Source: a virus
DNA: 64,000 bases
Virus record (IMG/VR): IMGVR_UViG_3300037541_000804
Span: 32,001-96,000 of that record
Strand: one strand, 5' to 3'
Both the position numbers and the translations under genes were made by a program. Shown here piece by piece: positions 8,986-19,168 of the stretch; within the stretch, counting starts at the first letter, position 1; every line of letters begins with the position of its first letter. The notes beneath the pieces are model-generated. The model searched no databases. It had not been told where the DNA came from and saw nothing but the letters and a program-made list of their open reading frames with translations.

Positions 8986-9828
8986 TTACATTTTTTCCAA
9001 GATAACCTCAGAAAGCCACTTGTTTAAATCGGACTGTTTCTCTCCAATAGTCCTATAGTGTTCTAAAGCTTCAAAAATAGGCATATCTGTTTCCAGCATG
9101 GCTCTAATATGGTTTTTAAATTTATTTTCGCGAGTTGGCCGATAAGGAGCACCATTAGGGCGTCTGAACCTATGCAACCAAGAAAATTTACTCAAACACA
9201 TTGTTTTCCTGCCTGCCTGCCTGAATTTTTCATGGACAAAAAATTCCTCACCCCCAAAACCCTTACATTTACTAGGAAACCCCACCCAAGCATTCTTCTT
9301 GCATGCGAAAACACCCATTCCTTGGGCGGGAATCTCAAAAGACTTTTCACTCTTAACTCTTTCATCATACGCCCATTGGCCAAACATCCCGCTTCCCCAT
9401 GTTGGTTTTAAATGGGTAGCAATCACTTTCATATCATCAGATAAGAGCGGCCCTTGTATCAAGTTGCCACCATCTTCGCCGCTTTCAAAAAAAGAAATTA
9501 AAGATTGAATAGCGTTGGGCGCGAACAAAACATGACAGTCGCAAACTAATACATTATCCGATTTTGCGTGAAAAAACACGTCTTCTTTAGCAAAAGCCCC
9601 GCGAGAGTTGTCTAATTTTATATATTTGATGTTTTTATCGGTCGCACAGAAAGCCGCCGTTTCCTTTCCCTCCTTAGATTCTGGATTGTTGTCTATAACA
9701 ATAATCTCGCAATTTGCCAGCGCTTCCGCGTGATACATTTTCAATGACTGAATGGTAAAATAAACACCATTAAAGTCGTCAAAAGTGACCATTCCGATAG
9801 ACAGACTAGGGGTAGATGCAGGAGCCAT
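8986..9828 (-). CDS. GT-A fold glycosyltransferase (GT2-like)
   Basis: LSIGMVTF, EIIVIDNN, VLVCDCH (DxD-like site), GFGGEE and WLHRF. Confidence 0.85.
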   Translation of the reverse strand: MAPASTPSLSIGMVTFDDFNGVYFTIQSLKMYHAEALANCEIIVIDNNPESKEGKETAAFCATDKNIKYIKLDNSRGAFAKEDVFFHAKSDNVLVCDCHVLFAPNAIQSLISFFESGEDGGNLIQGPLLSDDMKVIATHLKPTWGSGMFGQWAYDERVKSEKSFEIPAQGMGVFACKKNAWVGFPSKCKGFGGEEFFVHEKFRQAGRKTMCLSKFSWLHRFRRPNGAPYRPTRENKFKNHIRAMLETDMPIFEALEHYRTIGEKQSDLNKWLSEVILEKM

Positions 9829-11821
9829 CGTCACATGTTGCTAGAGGATCATGATTTAAGGCGTTAGAGTCCATGCATCCATATATGCAAGGGTCGGATG
9901 TTGTTGTGCTAGTTGTAGTAGTAGTGCTAGTGCTAGTTGTAGTAGTAGTAGTGGTAGTCGGAGGTTCCGTAGTCTCCTGGGGACATTCTCCCGTTCCTCC
10001 AAACGATCCTTTGCCGCAACAAGTTCTATTAAATATATAGTAAGTAGTTCCATCAGCAACATAGACTATAGAATTGCCAGAAACAGATGTGTTGGAGTAA
10101 TTAATCTTAGTTATCAAATCCAACGACTCTGCATCCGACAAAACATCTTCTATTGAAGGGGCGTTACATGCGTCATGAGCGGTAGAGCCTAGTCCCATAG
10201 TGACAAAATAACCTGTTGGGTTAATTATTGGAGCTAAGGTCGTTGTGGCTTCAATATATGGATCGTAATTGTAGGTTGCGCTCCACGCCCTTCCAGTCAG
10301 TCCCGTTACAAAAGAATAGGCAGAATTAGAAATTTCGCCATTTCCTTGCATGTCAGCAATGCCACTAAATAATCCGCCACTATATAAAACCCCAAAAGTT
10401 TCGTTAATATAAGACCCACTAATAAAATTACCCGTGGCATACAAACCAGTAATTTGCGGGGAGTTGGCAATGTTTAAATATGTTGCGCTGTTGTTTTGTA
10501 TTTGAATCTTTCTCAAATTAGGTTTTTCACGCAAATCAAACCCACCTACATTATTGTTATTGTAATTGAAATCAACCAAACTAGGCGCGTAATACAAATT
10601 CGCCACGCCAATAGAGTTGTCGCTCATGTTTAAATGAGTCAAATTTTTGGCAATATCGTATCTTGATTTGATGATAGATTGGCCCGTGCCCGTTAATCCA
10701 ACAATTGGCCCAAAAAGCTTTAGCGTGTTAGCGTGCCCAGTATTGCCCCACGGAATGTTCAAATTTGGGAAAGAAATTAACTGTTTTAAATCGCCCGTCT
10801 GATAGAAACAATATCCTGAACCAGTCACCGAAAGATTTAGCTGAGACTGCCCACTCTGTTGCGTGATAGAAATTGACGGGGAACCTTTTTCTTCAACACC
10901 AAGAGGGTCTTCCATCAAAGACAAGGTTAAGTTATTGCTTTCTTTAGCGTTCCATTGGTGGCCCCAGCTTGCACAAGTAAACAATTTCGGGCGATTGTAG
11001 ATTTCGGGGAATTGATGTTTGAATCTTTTGTAACCTAATTTTGATTCGGCGAAATGGAGAAGAGATTTTGTTTTCTTGTCGGAAATATTTTTGTAAGAAA
11101 TGTCGATGGACTCAAAAGAGTGGATGTTCTTTTGGTCATTGATTCTTTGGGCGAAAGAAGCTTTGAACTCCGACTTTTTCACCATCGGAGCTTGGTTGAC
11201 AGAAAAGCCTTCGTTCGAGTCTTCGAACAAATTGGTTGTCCAGTTTTGGCCCGTCGATAAAGGATTATTGGACAAGCTTGACGTGTGATCTTCGAGAGAG
11301 TAGAACCAATTGTTTGTAGGCTCTTCCACATCATGTTCGAACCATACAATGTCGTATTTGTTGTAGGATTGGTTTGGTTGCCATGCTCTAAACTCATGTG
11401 AGACAAAACTTTGGCCGCTCCAGTTTAAACACGGAGCATTTCTCTCCACATGAAAATCTAAAGCAAGGCCATATTTACCATTGCTAGCAGAGTCCAGCCC
11501 CCCAAGAGAATCAATTGTCCCGCTAAGGGTTTTGTAAATATTGGAAGAATCGCTAAACGTAAAAATACCCGTTCCACTTTGGCTTTCATAAAAGTTAATT
11601 AGTTTTTGTGCATCGTTCTCCCGTAAAGAAAACTTTAAGGCGAACTTTCCAACAATACTATTTAATCCAAGAGGCGCGATAGACTGGATTCTATCGGAGG
11701 ACAAGACGTAATTGTTTCTTGCCTCGAATTGAACCGACGATCCGTATTCGGGCGAATATGTCAATCCCGTTAGTAATTCAATACCCGAAATATTTCTGTC
11801 TCTATCGTAAAAAAGGCTCAT
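9806..11821 (-). CDS. minor tail protein with LRR-like segment, Thr-rich tract and Cys-rich C-terminal motif
   Basis: Lies downstream of the tape measure and distal tail genes. Two minor-tail-like units, LxxLxxxxN repeats, a poly-T/S tract and GCMDSNALNHDPLATCDDGSC. Confidence 0.65.
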   Translation of the reverse strand: MSLFYDRDRNISGIELLTGLTYSPEYGSSVQFEARNNYVLSSDRIQSIAPLGLNSIVGKFALKFSLRENDAQKLINFYESQSGTGIFTFSDSSNIYKTLSGTIDSLGGLDSASNGKYGLALDFHVERNAPCLNWSGQSFVSHEFRAWQPNQSYNKYDIVWFEHDVEEPTNNWFYSLEDHTSSLSNNPLSTGQNWTTNLFEDSNEGFSVNQAPMVKKSEFKASFAQRINDQKNIHSFESIDISYKNISDKKTKSLLHFAESKLGYKRFKHQFPEIYNRPKLFTCASWGHQWNAKESNNLTLSLMEDPLGVEEKGSPSISITQQSGQSQLNLSVTGSGYCFYQTGDLKQLISFPNLNIPWGNTGHANTLKLFGPIVGLTGTGQSIIKSRYDIAKNLTHLNMSDNSIGVANLYYAPSLVDFNYNNNNVGGFDLREKPNLRKIQIQNNSATYLNIANSPQITGLYATGNFISGSYINETFGVLYSGGLFSGIADMQGNGEISNSAYSFVTGLTGRAWSATYNYDPYIEATTTLAPIINPTGYFVTMGLGSTAHDACNAPSIEDVLSDAESLDLITKINYSNTSVSGNSIVYVADGTTYYIFNRTCCGKGSFGGTGECPQETTEPPTTTTTTTTSTSTTTTTSTTTSDPCIYGCMDSNALNHDPLATCDDGSCIYP

Positions 11822-12618
11822 TCTAAGTATCCTTGATATTGAAGAGTTACAGACAACGGCGCGTCAACCGTTCCTTCAATTTGTTGATTATAGATTTGAG
11901 CATTGGAAACGGGCAGGGTCATTATTGTTTGCGACAAATCTCTGTTCTTTATATTAATAGTAAAATTTGGCGCGGAAACATATCTGACAAAATTATTTAA
12001 ATCCAAAGCCGAAAACCCGCCAACATCAAAGGTGGCGGAAGCGGTTATATTTATAGCTCCGTTTTGTTCTACAATATCTGGGAAAAGATTCGGCCCAACT
12101 GAATATCTCGCCCTTCTAGGGACTTCAAGAGAGTAGTCAAAGCTTTTGATACGGTTAGAATTGCCATAATCGTTGGATATTTCCATGCTTCTCGGCGACG
12201 GCACAAAAATATCAGGATGCGTCACTCCAGTATGAGTTGCCGCGCCGCTTTTCATTTCGCCGTAAACAGAAAACCCACAAGAAACACTTGGCACTTGCCC
12301 AACAGAGCACGATACAGAATAGTTATTTAAATATCCCGACTCGAACCCATATTGACTCTGGCCATAGGAAAAAACGCCCGAAAAACAAGATTCCCCTGTA
12401 AAAGAGACTACTGGATCAGCATAGATTAACGATCTGGTTAAACTCACGCGCCCAACAGACGGCGAAACTTTTGCGTGTCCAAAATTTTTGCGCCCAAGAG
12501 TTTGAAAGCTGCCAACGCCAAAATCCGTTTCAAAATTAACGCTAGAAACGCCCGACAAATCATAACCATTGAATCGAAATGATTGCCCGTAGTTGAGGAT
12601 TGAAGTGGTTTTGGACAT
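11818..12618 (-). CDS. distal tail / tube-fold protein
   Basis: Immediately follows the tape measure gene. GYLNNYSVSCSVGQVPSVS resembles the tail tube. Confidence 0.6.
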   Translation of the reverse strand: MSKTTSILNYGQSFRFNGYDLSGVSSVNFETDFGVGSFQTLGRKNFGHAKVSPSVGRVSLTRSLIYADPVVSFTGESCFSGVFSYGQSQYGFESGYLNNYSVSCSVGQVPSVSCGFSVYGEMKSGAATHTGVTHPDIFVPSPRSMEISNDYGNSNRIKSFDYSLEVPRRARYSVGPNLFPDIVEQNGAINITASATFDVGGFSALDLNNFVRYVSAPNFTINIKNRDLSQTIMTLPVSNAQIYNQQIEGTVDAPLSVTLQYQGYLE

Positions 12619-15600
12619 TATCTTTTGCTAAGAACGCCTCCAGGTCTTTGTTCCAATTGAATAACTTGCACAACTGCGCTGCGAAGTTTTTCGGCTAGCA
12701 TTTTGTTGTTTTGGTCGCCGCCGCCTTCTTCGGAAGACTTTTCGCCGTCTTTGGAAACGGTTACGTTGACGGTGACATTACTTGCGCCGATGGTTTTTTC
12801 AATGAGTTCGTCAAGTTTTGCGGCAATCATTGAATCGTCGCCCTCGGAAGAAGGAACGCCGCCGTTATTCATTGAATAAAGGTTGGAATAACCAATTTTC
12901 TTGGCAGCAGAGGAGTTGATCATAAACTCTCCCTTGCTGGCCATGATAGGAACAGTGTCGCCCGAACCAGAGATTGCGCCGCCAGAATTTCTTCCGTAAG
13001 GGGTATAGCTAGCTGACGGGAAAAGTGGATTTTCATAGTCTCCAAATCCTCTGCGGGGAGGCTGTGTAGAGCGATTGATTAGAGAACCAAAATTCCTACC
13101 AGAATAAATTCCCAAAATATCACTTCCAAAATTTAAATAATCAAACGAACTCGGCCTATAGGAATTAGTAACACCGCCAGAATAAGACGGCGCACTTCTA
13201 AATGGAATGCCGAAATTCGAAGATGAGTTAAAATAATTAGATGAAGAACCCCTGTATGACGAAGAACCAGCGCTAACACCAGAAATATTTGGCCTTTCCG
13301 AGACGCCTCTAATTGATCCGCCGCTATATTGAGTATTGCCAAGACTATTTGCGTTTTTACCAGCCGAATTGGCTTTATATCCAGAAGTAGCACCACCAAC
13401 TGCTGCGACGGCGAGGGAAATCCAGAATTGTCTTCTTTCTTCTTTTTTAGCCTTCTCCTTGGCGGCGCGAGCTTCTTCAAGTTGACGGTAATATTCCGCC
13501 AACTCTTCTTGGTATTGTTTCTCTTGGCCGAGTTGATCAACGTATAGGCCGAAAGCTTGGTCTTTAGCGTCTTGAGTAGCTTGAACAATAGGGGAGTCGC
13601 CGAAACGATTAAAGCTAGATAGTCTAAGGCTTTCTGGCTCAAGAGAAACCATTCCAGCGCCACCCATTAGTGAACGGCGAACATCTTGACCGCCAGAAGT
13701 GGCCGTTTGTGTGGCGAAATCTAGTAGGTTTTCTTTGCCAGTGATGTTTCCTTGACCGCGAACCCCAGGCGCGAAATAGCCACCTTGAGCCATTTGACCT
13801 ACGGAACCGCTGTTTAGTGCTTCGAAGAATTGCGAGCCGTATTTTTGGACGCTCTTTTTATTGACAACATATTCGCCACCCATAAGAAGAGTTGGCACGT
13901 CATCTTTAGTGCCAGAACCACCTGTCACTTGACCGCCAGAAGCTCTTTTTGTAAATGCGCCTAAAACACTAGAAATAACACCGCCACCCGAACCGCCCTG
14001 TCCGAAAAGAGCGTTGGTTGCAATTTTCGCCAAATTATCAAGCGCTGCATCGCGCAATTTATTCGCAAAAGCAAGAGCTACGTCCAAAAGGGATTCTTTT
14101 AAGCTACCAGTTCTAGAAACCGCTGCTTGCATTGCCCCAACAAGACCGTCTTTAAATCCTTCCGTAGCCGTTTTGCCGAAAGTGCTGCCAAAGTTATTAA
14201 CTTCATCTTGCATCCCGCTAAGAGACTCGCGAACGCCGAATCCGAACGAGCGGCGTTTTTCGAGGTTTGCATTAATAGCATTTTCTATAGCCAACTGTTT
14301 TTCGGCGGCAGACAAATCGCTGTTTCGAATAGCAAAAATTTGCTGATTCAATTCAAGCTCTGTCTCAAGATTTAAGCGTTCGACTTTACTCGCGGCTGTG
14401 GCAATGTCAAACTGTTGCTGACGAATAGCGTTTTGTTCCGATAAAGAGGACACTAAATCAGAACCAGACTTTCCTTGAACAGCGTCAAAAGATTGTTCGC
14501 CGATTAAGCCGCTGACAATAGAGGATTTGTCGGTAGCTTGGAGAAGATTAAATTGGTTTTGAGCGCGACTTTGACCCAATCCTCTAGAAAATTCCAATAG
14601 AGAATCTTGAAATTCTTGACGGGCATCCTTTGTTAATCCAATCTGAGACGTTTCGATATTCAAAGCGTCAATATTTGCATTAATAGCCTCAAGCTCTATA
14701 TCTCTTGAATTATTAAGGTCTTCAATGGCGCGTCTTTTGGTTCTTTCGTCTTGAATTGTAGAGTCTATTTCGAGCCTCTGGGCTTCTGTCGATTTTAGAA
14801 GTTCATCTCTTGATTTGTTAAGCTCTTGAACTTGAAGTCCAGCCAAATCTCTTTGAGACTGCTCTCTTTGGAGTGTCCCTAGTTGAGGATTGTTGGATTG
14901 AGCTTGTAAACGAGTGATGTTTCCTTGGATTTTGGCCCTGTCTAGGGCTATGGTATTCAAGGAAGATTTGGCAGCTTCAATTGCTGGCACAAGTTTTTGA
15001 ATAGCGTTAAATTCCTGTTGGCGGATTCTCGTGTTATCCGTTATAGACTTGATGTTAGCCTTGATTTCTGTTTCTTGGACGCCAAATTGCTCGATAACTT
15101 TAGTTATGCGGGCGTTACCTTCTAGGGTTGAAAATTCTTTGCCTTCTCCAGAGTTTTTCTTGATTTTTTCAATTTCATTCTTGGATTCGACTTCTGCTTT
15201 TTTCAGAGCCGCTTCGTAAATACTTTTTTGAATATTGGAGATTTGATTTTCAATATCATTTTTCGCAACACTAGACAAGGACGAACTCGTTGATAAAGAT
15301 TCAAGACCTTTAATTTTAGCCTCAAGAGACGCCGTGGATGAATCGAAAGCTAGAAGTTCAATTTCTCTTTGGACATCGAGAAATTTATCAATAGATTCTT
15401 GCGAGAATTTTTCAGAGCGGAAATTCCCTAATTGTCCAGCTTTGGCCGTCTTTTTTTCTGAAATATTAAAGAATCTTTGTCCAAATGTAGCCGTAAGCTC
15501 GCCCGCACGACCCGATTCAGCGGCGCGTTTAATTGGTTCGATATTTTTGGCAATGTTTTCAAGAAACAACTTATAAACTTCGTCTTGGAGCTTGTCTAAA

Positions 15601-18600
15601 CCAGAGGATTTTATGTCTTCGGCTCCAATTTTGGAAACGCCCTTTGAAGCGAGAAATTCTCGCAAGCCTTCTTCTGTTTGATTTGATAAGAGTTGCAGGT
15701 TTTCTTTGATAACCGTAGTTATCGAGGAATTTATATTACCAAGAGTTTCTTCAACTTCCACGACTCCGCCAGCTCCTTGCCCGCCAAATCCTATTTTGTT
15801 AACGGTGCCAGTTTTTGTGGCAGATATAAGATTATCTAATCTTTTTCCCAAAAGTTCATTGGAGATTTGAGATTGGTCTTTGCCTTCGGTATTAATGCCA
15901 GCAGCTTTTGCTTCGCGCTCTTTTCTAGCGTCCGAGAGTTTGGATTGGAAGCTGCCTTGAATTTCTTTTGGGGTGCGAAGAATAGCTTTGCCAGATGCAT
16001 CAAATAAAGATTCTGCATTATCTTTAAACGCTTGTGCTGATTTTTCAGCTTCAACGGTCAATCCGCCGAACGCCTCCTTAAGTCTTTGAAATCCGCTTTT
16101 ACCCGTCACAACTTGAACTGCTTCGTTTAAAACCGTAAGGGCGAGTGCTCCTTGGCCAATAACTGGTAGAAACTTAAGTAATCCGCCGCCGAAGGCCAGA
16201 AGACTGCCTGTTGCTTTTTTAAGCGCTCCGCCAGCGCCTCCACTAGCACCACCTAAAAGACTCCCAAGTTTTTCCGCTAATTTTCCCCCGCCAAGATTAG
16301 ACGCATTTACCCCGCCAAGTTGATTTAGCCCTTGAAATGCAAAAGCTGATATAGCGATTTTGGAAATTAAATCGGCATATTTTTCCGTTTCTTTTGAGCC
16401 TCGCAAAAAGGATGCCGATAAACCGTCAAGTACGCTTGTGGCAATTACCGCTTTGATGGCTAGCTTTTGAAGAGCTTCTGGGTCAACTGTTTTGCTAGCT
16501 ACGGCTAGTGAAGATTGGGGGATTCTTGAATCTACGCCAGCAATGCCAGATTTGAATCCGCCACCACTCTTGACGCCAAGAGATTCTCTTCTTGCGGCTA
16601 AAGATTCTCCATATAAAGCTTGAAGCTTTGCTTTTCTTTCTTGTTCTTGTAGGGATTTTTTTTCATTTTCTCTACGATATTTTTGAGCAGAGCCTTCAAC
16701 GCCAAATGAATTTGATGGGGAGCTAAGGTTCCCGCCATCAAAAAACGTATTGGCCGAACCTACGTTACCATAAATAGAATTAGAAGACACTCTTTGTCTT
16801 TGAGCAGCTCCTACCCCGAAAACGTCAGCAGTGCTATTTAAATTACCACCATTAAAGGAAGTATTGGCCGACCCAATATTGCCATAAATATTAGACGAAG
16901 GATTTGCTCTGCGTCTAGCTTCTGCTTCACCAGCGGCCACATCAAACCCATTAGAGCTTGCCTCCGCCAAGAGTTTAACTCTTTCAGAAGCTACTTTTAA
17001 TGAATTTGCATATTTTTCAGTTGAAGAAACAACAAGCTGTATGGACTTTTCATTTAAGTCAAAAGACCGAATAACAACCGTAGCAGCATCTACGATTTGT
17101 TCAATTGTTTGGCCTAAGTCAACAAGGAGTTGAACTTGATTTTCTAACCCCACCTCAAGGTTATCCGCCGTTGTGAATTTTCCAGAAGAATTCTTGAGTC
17201 TTTGGCCCTTCAAGAATCCGCTAGCGGCTCTTTGACCCATCATGTCTTGATTTAAAACACCGAACTTGCCGCCGCCAAGATTAACAACACTTTCAGAAGA
17301 ATTAGCTACCATTAAACCCTTATTTCCCCCACCAAGAGGAAAATTGGGCATAACTACAACCTTAGAATTGGAGCTTGCGCCACCAATTCCTTTCTTAATA
17401 TCATTCATTTCACCAGAAACGAGGTCTGGCAAATAACCTTCGGCGCTTCTTAAACCTTTCTTGGAGAGTGTTGGGCCAGCTTCACCAACTCTGAGTCCAG
17501 AATTATAAACCGAACCAGAAACAATTTGAGAAACGGCGCTAACTTGTTTGGCGTAAACAGCCTGTTTGGCCCATTCAGCGGAAATTTGTTTAGCGAGATT
17601 TAATCGGGCCGATTCGCTGGTTAAAAGTGTACTTAAATTTGCGCCAGATTGTTGAATGTAAGCGGCGATACTTTTTTGAATGGCCGCTTGCTCCTGACCC
17701 GCCGCGTTTAAGCCCAAAAACGTCTTGCCAGCGTTAATCGCGAAAGTCGCAAAGTTTACGCCGATTTTGCCAATTGCAATAGCAATCGCTCCGAAAACCG
17801 CTGGCGAAAATAAGCTACCGCCAAGGAAGCTACCTATTTTCTGAATACTTTGGCTGAAAAGGTCTGTCCCCTCAAGAATACTTTGAAGAAAGTCGCCCGT
17901 GTCAATAAGTGAATCTAAAAGACTAGAAAGAGGATTTTTTACGCCGATTTTCCCAGCCGAATTTAAAATTTCTTCTAATTGAACGCCCAGGGTATTAAAT
18001 TTAGCAGACAAGATTTCGGCCAAAGTTGCATTAGCGGCCAAAGCGTTATCTTTCGCGCCCTCAGATGTTCCGAGAATTTTATCATAAATAGACCTTTGCT
18101 TATTCAATTCCTGTAAACCTTGTCCAGCTAATGCGGCGGCAGCATTGACTTGATAAAGGCCAGAAATATCTTTGAAGATGTTAATCTGTTGATCTTTCGG
18201 CAAATCCTTGATAGCGTTGCCGAGATTACGCATGATTTCAATCGCGGGAATAAGATTTCCAACTTCATCACGCACCTTAATTACGCCGCCTTGAAAAGTT
18301 TCCAAAAACTTGATAGAATCTTCATCATATAAGCGCGTAAAGATAGACTTGAGTGAGTTACCAATTTGAGAACCACCACGCGCCGTAATTTCTTGAAGAG
18401 TTGCAATCGAAGCAATAGTTTGGTCAATATTTTGGCCAGTCAACTGTGCAACGGAAGCTGAACGCTGCAAACCTTCAATTAAATCAACAAGAGAAACAGC
18501 AGCAGCATTATCAACAGCTACGAGTTTGTTAATTACTGTCGTTGAGTCAATGCCTGACTGCTTGAAAGCGTTAAGAGTTGAAGTCAAACCATCAACGGCA

Positions 18601-19142
18601 GTTTTATATTCGACACCAGAAATTCTCGAAAGGATTAACGCATCGCGAGTTCTCTTTAGCGTTTCTTGAACACCAAGACCTTGACGGGAAAATTCTAGCG
18701 CCGCTTTTGAAGTGATTTCAAAGCTTTGGCCAGTGAGTTTGGCCGTTTGGAAAATCTGCTTGCCGAACTGTTCAATGCTAATTCCAGCCTTCGAGAAGTT
18801 ATCGCCAGCGACAACAGCAATTTGTGTCATGGCTTTTTCTACATCAGCGGTAGTTTTGACAAGCGCTAAAAATGAGCGCCGCATACCTTCGATAACACCA
18901 ACGGCAGTTCCGAACGCCAATACGCGAGCATTGGCCGCTTCCATCGACTTTGTAAACTGATCTGCATCATGACGAATTCGGCCAAGAGCCGCGCTGCCAG
19001 CTTTTAATCCAGACGAATCAAAGCCGCCAATCTTAATTTTTTGAAACGAAGAACTAATCTTGTCAACCAAGACCTTAGCTTTCGCCTCTGCTTGGCGAAT
19101 TTCAAGATCAACGCTTGCTGGTATTTTAAGATTTTCGGCCAT
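12618..19142 (-). CDS. tail tape measure protein (2174 aa)
   Basis: Long Ala/Gly/Ser-rich helical protein with a TP901-like TMP core (EFSRQGL...ALIL...INKLVAVD), repeated RASGG...DDVP...GEYVV motifs and C-terminal EQRPGGVL. Confidence 0.92.
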   Translation of the reverse strand: MAENLKIPASVDLEIRQAEAKAKVLVDKISSSFQKIKIGGFDSSGLKAGSAALGRIRHDADQFTKSMEAANARVLAFGTAVGVIEGMRRSFLALVKTTADVEKAMTQIAVVAGDNFSKAGISIEQFGKQIFQTAKLTGQSFEITSKAALEFSRQGLGVQETLKRTRDALILSRISGVEYKTAVDGLTSTLNAFKQSGIDSTTVINKLVAVDNAAAVSLVDLIEGLQRSASVAQLTGQNIDQTIASIATLQEITARGGSQIGNSLKSIFTRLYDEDSIKFLETFQGGVIKVRDEVGNLIPAIEIMRNLGNAIKDLPKDQQINIFKDISGLYQVNAAAALAGQGLQELNKQRSIYDKILGTSEGAKDNALAANATLAEILSAKFNTLGVQLEEILNSAGKIGVKNPLSSLLDSLIDTGDFLQSILEGTDLFSQSIQKIGSFLGGSLFSPAVFGAIAIAIGKIGVNFATFAINAGKTFLGLNAAGQEQAAIQKSIAAYIQQSGANLSTLLTSESARLNLAKQISAEWAKQAVYAKQVSAVSQIVSGSVYNSGLRVGEAGPTLSKKGLRSAEGYLPDLVSGEMNDIKKGIGGASSNSKVVVMPNFPLGGGNKGLMVANSSESVVNLGGGKFGVLNQDMMGQRAASGFLKGQRLKNSSGKFTTADNLEVGLENQVQLLVDLGQTIEQIVDAATVVIRSFDLNEKSIQLVVSSTEKYANSLKVASERVKLLAEASSNGFDVAAGEAEARRRANPSSNIYGNIGSANTSFNGGNLNSTADVFGVGAAQRQRVSSNSIYGNVGSANTFFDGGNLSSPSNSFGVEGSAQKYRRENEKKSLQEQERKAKLQALYGESLAARRESLGVKSGGGFKSGIAGVDSRIPQSSLAVASKTVDPEALQKLAIKAVIATSVLDGLSASFLRGSKETEKYADLISKIAISAFAFQGLNQLGGVNASNLGGGKLAEKLGSLLGGASGGAGGALKKATGSLLAFGGGLLKFLPVIGQGALALTVLNEAVQVVTGKSGFQRLKEAFGGLTVEAEKSAQAFKDNAESLFDASGKAILRTPKEIQGSFQSKLSDARKEREAKAAGINTEGKDQSQISNELLGKRLDNLISATKTGTVNKIGFGGQGAGGVVEVEETLGNINSSITTVIKENLQLLSNQTEEGLREFLASKGVSKIGAEDIKSSGLDKLQDEVYKLFLENIAKNIEPIKRAAESGRAGELTATFGQRFFNISEKKTAKAGQLGNFRSEKFSQESIDKFLDVQREIELLAFDSSTASLEAKIKGLESLSTSSSLSSVAKNDIENQISNIQKSIYEAALKKAEVESKNEIEKIKKNSGEGKEFSTLEGNARITKVIEQFGVQETEIKANIKSITDNTRIRQQEFNAIQKLVPAIEAAKSSLNTIALDRAKIQGNITRLQAQSNNPQLGTLQREQSQRDLAGLQVQELNKSRDELLKSTEAQRLEIDSTIQDERTKRRAIEDLNNSRDIELEAINANIDALNIETSQIGLTKDARQEFQDSLLEFSRGLGQSRAQNQFNLLQATDKSSIVSGLIGEQSFDAVQGKSGSDLVSSLSEQNAIRQQQFDIATAASKVERLNLETELELNQQIFAIRNSDLSAAEKQLAIENAINANLEKRRSFGFGVRESLSGMQDEVNNFGSTFGKTATEGFKDGLVGAMQAAVSRTGSLKESLLDVALAFANKLRDAALDNLAKIATNALFGQGGSGGGVISSVLGAFTKRASGGQVTGGSGTKDDVPTLLMGGEYVVNKKSVQKYGSQFFEALNSGSVGQMAQGGYFAPGVRGQGNITGKENLLDFATQTATSGGQDVRRSLMGGAGMVSLEPESLRLSSFNRFGDSPIVQATQDAKDQAFGLYVDQLGQEKQYQEELAEYYRQLEEARAAKEKAKKEERRQFWISLAVAAVGGATSGYKANSAGKNANSLGNTQYSGGSIRGVSERPNISGVSAGSSSYRGSSSNYFNSSSNFGIPFRSAPSYSGGVTNSYRPSSFDYLNFGSDILGIYSGRNFGSLINRSTQPPRRGFGDYENPLFPSASYTPYGRNSGGAISGSGDTVPIMASKGEFMINSSAAKKIGYSNLYSMNNGGVPSSEGDDSMIAAKLDELIEKTIGASNVTVNVTVSKDGEKSSEEGGGDQNNKMLAEKLRSAVVQVIQLEQRPGGVLSKR

Positions 19143-19168
19143 ATTCCTCTATCAAGAGGATTACACGC

